The notes beneath the pieces were generated by a model. That model was not told the origin of the DNA and searched no databases. It worked only from the letters and a program-made list of their open reading frames with translations. A stretch of DNA of 62,488 nucleotides, the filler included, from Hausera hauseri (lineage: Eukaryota), in NCBI GenBank assembly GCA_046269625.1. It is 14 parts of 14 records of this genome, joined end to end, with 100 filler letters (N's around TTAATTAATTAA, not from the genome) between each part and the next. Parts side by side here need not be neighbours in the genome. Positions count along the whole stretch, not along the records: positions 53,859 to 58,245 come from JBJURY010606332.1; positions 58,346 to 62,488 come from JBJURY010737099.1; 12 more parts are not named here. One strand, written 5' to 3'. A program made the position numbers and the translations under genes. This document shows, in pieces, positions 54,500 through 62,488 of this stretch (the stretch's first letter is position 1; each line of letters opens with the position of its first letter).

Positions 54500-57400
54500 T
54501 ATGTTGATACGCTTTAAAGGTCATGATATTAAGACCCCTGTACCAACAGTGGATAAAGAAGGAGGAACGGAAATTGGAGTAGGGATTGGAATTGTATTAG
54601 GCGAAAGAATAACAGAGGTAGTGGTAGAGATAGGGCCCCAGATACCGCGGATGAAAACCGCACGGCGTTTGATTTTTAGCCATACGATTTTTGCCGAATA
54701 CAAATCTTCGAGTAAATATGTTTTGTCTTTGTGATGTAACCTGCAGAATGAATCTCTGCTCACCGTAACGAAGTGATTTTGCGCTGCTCGTATCGTTTCA
54801 TCTGTAGGAGAGTCGTCCAGGGCAGTTAGTTAGAATAATGATAGTACAGAAGCTCCAAATAACGCTTTAGTAAGTGAGCATTTTGTAGAATTGAACGGAG
54901 TGTTCCGCCAGACGAGCAGAACAAACGGAAGAAGATTCGTCCAACTAGTTTTGGACTCTGCGAGGATTCGTAGTGACGTTTTCAATGTTCGGTGGAAACG
55001 TTCTATAAGGTCATTCGATTGGGGATGATAAGGCATAGTATGTATGTGATGGATCCCCAATCGGTTAACGAGGGATTTGAACAGGTTGGATTCAAACTGT
55101 GAACTTTGGTCTGTGATGATGAAGCGAGGTGATCCAAACCTGCTAATCCATGTACGAATGAAAACGTCAGCTATAGTGTCGGTATTTGTGCTCCGCAGAG
55201 GGATGGCTTCTGGCCATCGTGAGGAACGGTTTATCATGGTGAGAATGAATTGATGACCGTTGTATGGAGGAAAAGGGCCGACGATGTCAATATGCACGGA
55301 TTCGAAACGCGATCTGCAGGGAAAGTGGAATAACGGTCGCTTTATATGCATAGTTGTTTTGTATTTTGGCAAGCCACACACTCTTTAACCCATGTGTAAG
55401 GTTCCGATATAAGGTTGCGCAAACGGGAAATCTGAGAGAATTGAATCAGTGTCGCTGAAAAGTCTGCGACATTTTGCGAACCGAATGGCATAAACAGGTA
55501 CTTGTAGAGACCAAAAGGAGTAGTTACAGCAGTCTTTTCTATGTTTTCGGGTGCCACCGGTATTTGGTGATATGCTTTGGCCGAATCGATGGTCGAATAA
55601 ATTGCGACTGAATTAAGGCTATGCAAGATATCCTTAATGAGTGGCAAGGGGTACGCATCCATAATGCGTATTATTGTTGTTCAACTGTCGGTAATCGCCA
55701 CATGGTCTAAAAGTTCCGTCCTTTTTTGTACATGTAAAGGTGACGACCAAGGGGATTTGGAACTGCGTACAATGCCCGAGCGTTATAGTTCAAGAAATTC
55801 GGCTTCTACTACCTGCCTACGACGGGGTGACTGTGGTAGTACCTTTTGACGTATTGGTAGTTGGTGCTGTGTAACTATGTAGTGTAATGTTGTGTTTGCA
55901 GGAGTAAACGTACGATCTTTTTAAGTACGCGTGGACATGATGTTTTGACGAATTGCTGCAAACTTGCAGGCAACTTTGAGAGATTCGGTGATGATGGTGA
56001 AGCAACTTGAGTAGTAGCGGATGCAATTTGTGAATTGTTTGCCGATGTAAAGTCAATTGGTATTTGGTGCAAAACGGTGGAATTGAAAATGGTGTTGGAT
56101 GAAATGATTTCGTCGAGTGAATTAACGTTAATAACAGTACCACAATTATCGACATCAAACCTCGACTGAATATCAACGTTATGATTTAAAAATTTACGAA
56201 ATGAAATGTAACTGTTACGAAAATTCGAATTAGTTTTGATTTCCTTAAAATTGATCTCCGCGCCTCGATCGACTACGCAGTAGTCGAAAAGCTGTTTATG
56301 TGCTTACTAACGCTGTAAGTGGTACCACTCCTCAGACATCGTTGACTGCAGTCAACCAATAAATTATAATGTGATAGAAAATCAGAACCTAGAATTGCCG
56401 TCTGGACATTAGCAACTGTGAACGTCCAGTGGAAAGGTGAAGGAAACTTTGATAAGGTAAAAAATAGTTTAGCCATCCCAGAAATGTACAGCGGTTGACG
56501 CGAAGCGGTGTATGAAGACTTGATTTTGAATGGCAAATTTTGGACAGGAAAAGTTTGTCAATAAAGAGATCGCTGCACCTGTGTCAATGAGGGAATCAAC
56601 TGATTGCGTTGTAGGAGCAGTGATTGCAGCGTTTAGAGTAAAGACAGCAAAAGACGTGTGTCGGCATTCAGAAGGTGAAGCAGTGCCTTTGCAAGAGTTT
56701 GCCGTGATCTCTGGCAACAAACTCAGTTTTTTTGAAAAGGTGAACTAAGACGACTATTAGAGGAAAAGGTTCGAATCTGTTTTGAAAGTGCAGCCTGGAA
56801 TACATTTACGGGCTTGATGTTTAAACTTTGCGTGGTAAATGCAAACAATGGTGTCCGAAAAAAAACCTTTATTGTAAAATCTGCACCCTAGGCAGCATTT
56901 TTGTCACTTTTATTGAATCTGCTGTGATAATAGCAGATAGGTGACCGCGCAGGCGACTGTGACCGGTTTGTAGGTACAGAATTAAGGCGATCAGCGACAA
57001 AATCCCTTCGGTGGCACAGCGAAAGTTCATTCAATTTATTATTAATATTGTTAATTGTTTCATACAGTGCTGTATTTTCAGCACGTAGCTGATTTAGCTG
57101 TTGTTCTATCGTTGTGTTGTTACTTTGAATACCATTTGCAGCGACTGCTGCCGAAACGATTGGTGGGAGTTTAAGTGCAACACGTCATGTGTCTTGCCGG
57201 TTAATTCAGATAATTTATCAAGAGCCGTGGAGTTCTCCACGACAGTAAGTAGCGCCCAAATTTGGATGGGCAAGGCGTTGAGGATGTAGTAACTAAGCAA
57301 TTCTGGATTGGGTTCTTTTGCAACGCTGAGGGTTTGTAGGTGTGCCAAAGAAGTACATAAAAAGTCTAATGGTCGTTATGTACCTATGGCATTTTCGTGA

Positions 57401-58150
57401 AAGAAGAGTTTTATGATAGTGTACATTGAGGGGTCTGTGGTTTTAAGAACGGCGTTGAATAAATGTAAATACGGATATGGAAATTCGAAGATTTCAATAA
57501 TATTATGAACTCTTTTTTGATGTTGTTAGGGAGTAAGTAAACGAGATTGTGTGCTTTCGTTAAAGAACCAGTTTTTTGTAACCATATTTGGTGAAATTGC
57601 AACTACGTTTTGCTGAAACCTTGGTTGTCGATAAAGAATTCCGTGTAATGAGGGAAAGGAGCAGAGGAAATAGGGGTTGAAATGTTATTAACAGAAGTAT
57701 TAGTGAATTTTTGGAGTAGTATAATGGGCTTTCGTTTTATGGTGGCTTTATCCTCGATGTCTATATTTGGCGATGAATTCGTGCCGCCACGGATGCGAAA
57801 GTGTATATGGAGGTGAATGTGAGGCGAAAAAGTATTTAGGGTCCCCCAGTAGGTAGGTTAGAGCCGTTCTGCGTGATGTAAAAGTCAGATGTACAGATGA
57901 AATCACAGACGATGTTACAAATTTGTGTGTTGTTTATTTGCGATATCTTGATAGCTTAAATATGTAAGTTCTTAAAAAAAGGCAAAGGAAAAAGGGGTTT
58001 AGTGTGTAGCCAGGAGCGCGATGCGGGATCCCCGCGAACAGTGCCGTCCGACCCAGTGACTTTGTGTTGGCGGTCGGAAATTCAGCTCTACCGCGTGGAA
58101 ACCGAAACTTCGGGGTAGTCAACTCTTCCCCTTCGAGTTCCGTTATTATA
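54500..58150 (-). mobile_element. CsRn1-like gypsy copy 3 with internal RT-to-IN deletion; candidate PBS TGGGGGACCC (57848-57839) and 5' LTR-like ~57850-58150
   Basis: gag with double CHCC (~56790-56935), AAAAAAC (56732-56726), LIDTGAAIS, ILGSDFL, DAYPLPLI..MPFG, HIDIVGP, TDQ, ERFHRTLK. Confidence 0.92.
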
Positions 58151-58430
58151 ACATCATTCAGTACGACTTTCTTATAGACAGATATCGTTTTCATGTTCAA
58201 ATAATTGGAATAATAATTCGAGTTGGTTTCCAGTTCAATATTCGCNNNNNNNNNNNNNNNNNNNNNNNNNNNNNNNNNNNNNNNNNNNNTTAATTAATTA
58301 ANNNNNNNNNNNNNNNNNNNNNNNNNNNNNNNNNNNNNNNNNNNNGGAGCTCGTACTTGCCTGATCTTCTCGAGGGTTTATCTTTAACTCGTAGCTGTGG
58401 TATGGCTTAATTCTAACTATCCGAATATAG

Positions 58431-60752
58431 CTACCGTTTTAAATCGGCCGCCTCGGCTCTGCATACCGGACAGGTGGTTTTTTCCGTTACCCAACGTCCA
58501 TTTTTTAAGCAGTCTCTGCAAAATTTGTGTCGACAATCACGGTTATTTAGCACTACGTATCCCTGTATCAGGTTTGCCTCGCATACCGGGCATTCGTTTT
58601 TCTCTTTTTCCCAATTTTCGTCGTTCAAGTTGACATTGACATGATTTCTATGGGTTCTACTATTAACCCGTCTTCGTCCTGGTATAAATAAGCGAATATT
58701 CTCTTCTGCTTCGGATTTATAGAACTCTTTTTGGGATCACATCCCACGGGTATTAATGTCCAATCGCTGATAGTGTCTCGATCTAAATCCGGAACTTCAC
58801 CAGTCGATAGGTATTTTTGATATTGCTTCTTTAATAACAGTTTAAGTGATTTATCCACGGGAACTAAAAGTTTGCCATTTCTCCTGGACTGGAATATCGG
58901 GGCAACGTATTTTCCTATCTTAGAATTTTTCCAGACATACGTGTTCTCTTAAACTAGTCTGGCAGGCATTAATTTGACAAAAAACATTGCCTCTTTAATT
59001 TTTTATTTTTATAATATTCAGTGGCTATTAGCATCCTGGGGTAATCTGCTGTAGCAGCATAGTGAACATCTTCTGTGGATGTCTTCTTCCGTAGGACGTT
59101 TATTTCTGTTACTTGTTCTTTCTGCTTGCTTGGTTTTCTCGTGGACGTCTCAATGCGGGACTGCATGTCTGACTTTGAGGGTTCTTCTGCTGGTCGTTTT
59201 GATTTTGAATTTCTTCTGACTGATCTCCGTTCCTCTTTCGGTTCCTTCTCTCCTTCTTTACTTCTTTTCTTAAATAAGTAATCGAAGAAGGAGGTTTTTT
59301 TTAGCTGTCTTCCCAGTCTCGATTTCTGAAATTCTGTCTTTTTCTTCTAAATATTTCCGAGGAATTTCGGGTACTTTAAACGGATTATTATTGGTTTTGG
59401 TGTCATAACTTGTACTTTGTTTTTTGTTGGCTGGCCGTTTATCTCCTGTCTTTTCTGTTTTCAATCCCTGGATGGTTATCTGATAGTTCCATTTCGGCGT
59501 AATCTCAACATTTCTTGGTGGTGAGTAAGGACAGAAATGCTTTCTGTAACGTGTACTGATTCCTCCCGGTTTCGGAAAATTCCGTAGGTTTTGTCCGGGA
59601 TTATTGGGAATTTATTCGTGTTCCCACTTAAGTCCAGCATTTATATCCCTTAGGTATTGGGATCGTTGACTAGCGGTCAACAGTCGACTTATTTTTTTAT
59701 TTCCTCCAGTCATGGCTTCTACCATTAGCGTAAATCGGCCTTCCACGGTCGGTGGTAGATAACCCTTCTTCTCTTTGACCTTTATTTCCACTTGTCCCAT
59801 TACAGTTGGATGGGTCTCTATCTCTGTCATTCCGGCTAAGTGCGTTACTGGTATGTTTACTTCTTTTGTCATCCTCTCTACTTCATACCCCACTAAGACG
59901 TATCCGTAGAGACATTGTGCTATTTCCGGTTGTACTAATCAAGAATCTTTCCCATGAGTCAATTGCTCTCTTTTAATCCCAGTAACTTCTGCATAAGTTT
60001 CTAGTACTTTCCTTCTCGGATTAATAATTTTCGAATAGACTTCGGCCCCGTTTTCTTCTCGGATGGATATTTCGATCGGGATATAATTTCCTTCTTCTCC
60101 TTCTCCATTGTTTACTGCGGCAATCCTGATATTCCTGTCGTGGGTTACCAATCTAAACGAATGTAGATTTGCGTCCTGTTCTTCTTCAGTGGGCCTTTGC
60201 CTAAACTCTAAGGGCGGCAATGAGATGGGTATTGTTTCCTCTTCAATTATTTCGATCATCATTTTCACAGTTAAGGCGACCACACGAAATTCCAGCTCGT
60301 AGTTGTGAAAGTTCCTATTGTCAAATATAAAAGTGTTAAATCGGCTTTGCCTTCCTTGGAAGGAGTCCCATTTTTGGTATTTCAACAGATAATAGATTTT
60401 CCCATCGGCCAAATGTACATATATCCTCTGCTCCTTATCCGCTTGGTACTGGGTGATCAGTTTCAAAGGGTATGCTCTGGCATCTTTATTCTCTCTCCAG
60501 GTATATAAATATATAGTTCTGGCCTCTTCGGTTGTTCCTTTCAAACTATTTGGTATCTCGCCAACTTCTCCATATTGAACGAAGTTCTTTCCCTGCAATT
60601 CTGTATTGATTTGCCTATAGCTGGCCTTGTAATTCTGTAACCGTACGCTCACATATTGCTGTAAAAATTCGTCAATACTAAGTTGACTCGTAGTTTCCTC
60701 GGTGTCGATTCTAAGTCAGCTCTGGTTCATCTGGGTCTGATTACTTATCAAT
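58431..60752 (-). pseudogene. 3' accessory ORF of large gypsy element (~770 codons, disrupted) ending in a C3HC4 RING finger
   Basis: Collinear ORF pieces; CPVC..CRHKFCRDC..CPVCR in 58431-58628. Confidence 0.7.
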
Positions 60753-60901
60753 CTAAAAAAGAAAACATAAAGGTTAATCTTTAAACAAAGGATGGTCTTA
60801 AACCAAAACCATTCCTTTGTTTGATTACAAAATAACCTCATCTGTAGTTGTCAGGTTATTTTATCATACGGATTAATAGGAGATTCCAAATCCCTTAATT
60901 C

Positions 60902-62230
60902 TCATTCTACATTTTCATGGCGCTTAGAATGACAGTTTTTGGTAACTAGTCGAAATGTCGCAATTAATATAATGAGAACAAACGTTGATAGTACTGCAAT
61001 AGATACAATCGCTAGGGTAGTTAATTCTAGTAGTGCTCGAGTAGTAATTGACGTTGTAGTCTCGTCATCTATATCCTCATGCGTACGCGATTCTGCGTGC
61101 GTTTTGTCTAAGGTATGCAATATAATTGTTCGGGTTTGTTTGTTCTCTGCATGCACTTGTACTATAAATTCAGATTGTGGTTTCAACAAATTGCATTTTG
61201 TTCTATAGATGTGTTTAAATAATATTAAAATTTGGTTGTTCTGTGTTGTCCGACAACTTATGTATATGTCGCAATTCTGTTTCCTTTCTACAAAGAACAC
61301 GATTTTATACGGATGATCCGAAAATCTGATAGGTATATTCTCCAATTCTGTTTGGGTATGTCGTTTGTGGTGACAGCTAGACGAATCTTTTTGGTTGTGA
61401 TTTCCACTAAAATTTTCCAGATTCTATTTTCTGGATAGTAAATTTATAATTGTATACTTGGTTGATTAGACCGTACCTCGTATAAGTCAAATCTTATTTT
61501 GAACTCCTGGTTCACAGGCACTTTACAACAGGAGCGTTGTACACCTGCGCGAATATAGCAATATTCTATTTTCGGGGTTGATCCAATTGCTGCTTCGAAT
61601 ACGATAGTAATTTCTCGATTGACCGTTAACTCTGTCCGAGTGTCAACCTGAATGCATTGTCTTGCTTTATCGACCGAAATTCTTTGGATATTCTCATCAA
61701 ATAATCTTATGTCTGTGTTGGTAGATCGTAAAATCCCGTTTGGTTCTATTCTATGGTTTTCGTTTCGTTCAGAAATAATTAACTGAAATAGTGGCCTTTT
61801 TTCGTAGATTTTGGATAAGCTCGGTAAGTACAGACGGTATGTAAGATTGTAAGTGTGTCCTAAATCTATGTTACAACATTTCGTGTAATCTCCAAACTCG
61901 AAGTAACAATTCTTGACTTCTTCTATTGCATTATCTAAAACAATTTCGAACCTTCCGAAATCGTGATGTGGTTTCTGCGCCTTAAATCCAACGCATGTGG
62001 AGATGGGTAAGTAATAGGGAATTGACACTGATTGTAATAATCTTTGAATTTCTTTGATTGATGGTTTTCTTTCCGCTTTAGTAGCTTCCAATTTTGCTCC
62101 ACTTTCCTGACTTCTGCAGATATCTTCCAGTATAGGTTCGTTGAGCCACCTTTTTGTTTGTGTTCTCGAAATGTAAGAATCAATTAACGATATTGCTAAA
62201 ACTATCTGAACATACGATATGGGCCTAGCA
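60902..62230 (-). pseudogene. Type-I membrane protein (~440 aa) continuing from integrase
   Basis: Signal-like PISYVQIVLAISLI, Cys-containing ectodomain, Thr-rich stalk, TM LAIVSIAVLSTFVLIILIATF (~61024-60953), short basic tail; one stop (61444) and one frameshift. Confidence 0.7.
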
Positions 62231-62249
62231 ACTATCGAGGAAGTTTTTA

Positions 62250-62488
62250 TTTCGCGTTGGCGTAAGTTGTAACGTTTACTGAGTCGAATCTCTGTCTTAA
62301 CAACTTTTTGGATTGATAAAATTTCTTCCTTTCCATTTTTGTTTATATATATTGTGCTTGGCGTGACTTTGGTAACTTCGTATGGTCCTCTGCCTGTGCG
62401 AGTTAATTTTAATGAAGTGCCTTTCTTGGCTGCTGGGTAATGTACATAAACCCAATTTCCTTGTTCTATATCATACGGTTTTGCTTTC
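62250..62488 (-). CDS. Integrase C-terminal GPY/F region of the large gypsy family
   Basis: GNWVYVHYPAAKKGTSLKLTRTGRGPYEV..RYNLR matches GDYIMVHYPAMKKGKSLKLTCTSQGPYKV at ~14640-14735. Confidence 0.85.

Overview
This window is not one locus. It is 14 unrelated ~4-5 kb contigs joined by an artificial 100-bp linker (N44-TTAATTAATTAA-N44): 1-4241, 4342-9407, 9508-14077, 14178-18628, 18729-22868, 22969-26918, 27019-31014, 31115-35914, 36015-40072, 40173-44679, 44780-48985, 49086-53758, 53859-58245, 58346-62488. The DNA is AT-rich and looks like invertebrate animal genome (it includes a canonical spliced SNX17 exon), dominated by decayed mobile elements. These are three CsRn1/Kabuki-type Ty3/gypsy copies, pieces of a much larger Ty3/gypsy family, three adintovirus/Polinton pPolB fragments, an Academ DNA transposon, a maT (DD37D) transposase, RTE and I-like LINE debris and a 4.7-kb 15/30-bp satellite. 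The most interesting signal is a giant gypsy-like family seen across four contigs. It carries a chuvirus/herpes-gB-like fusion glycoprotein UPSTREAM of protease (gag CCHC > ~1250-aa unknown region > glycoprotein > PR-RT-RH-IN). It also has a second type-I membrane protein fused in frame after integrase, and a probably spliced RING-ended accessory ORF. Two contigs are mosaics of intronless, decayed cellular gene fragments (TMEM184, Lgl, RasGRP; ABCC1-RTEL1 in-frame chimera, ZnT5). One contig end carries a bacterial nadB start. All family assignments are by eye from motifs, boundaries of decayed genes are approximate, and links between contigs rest on homology, not physical adjacency.
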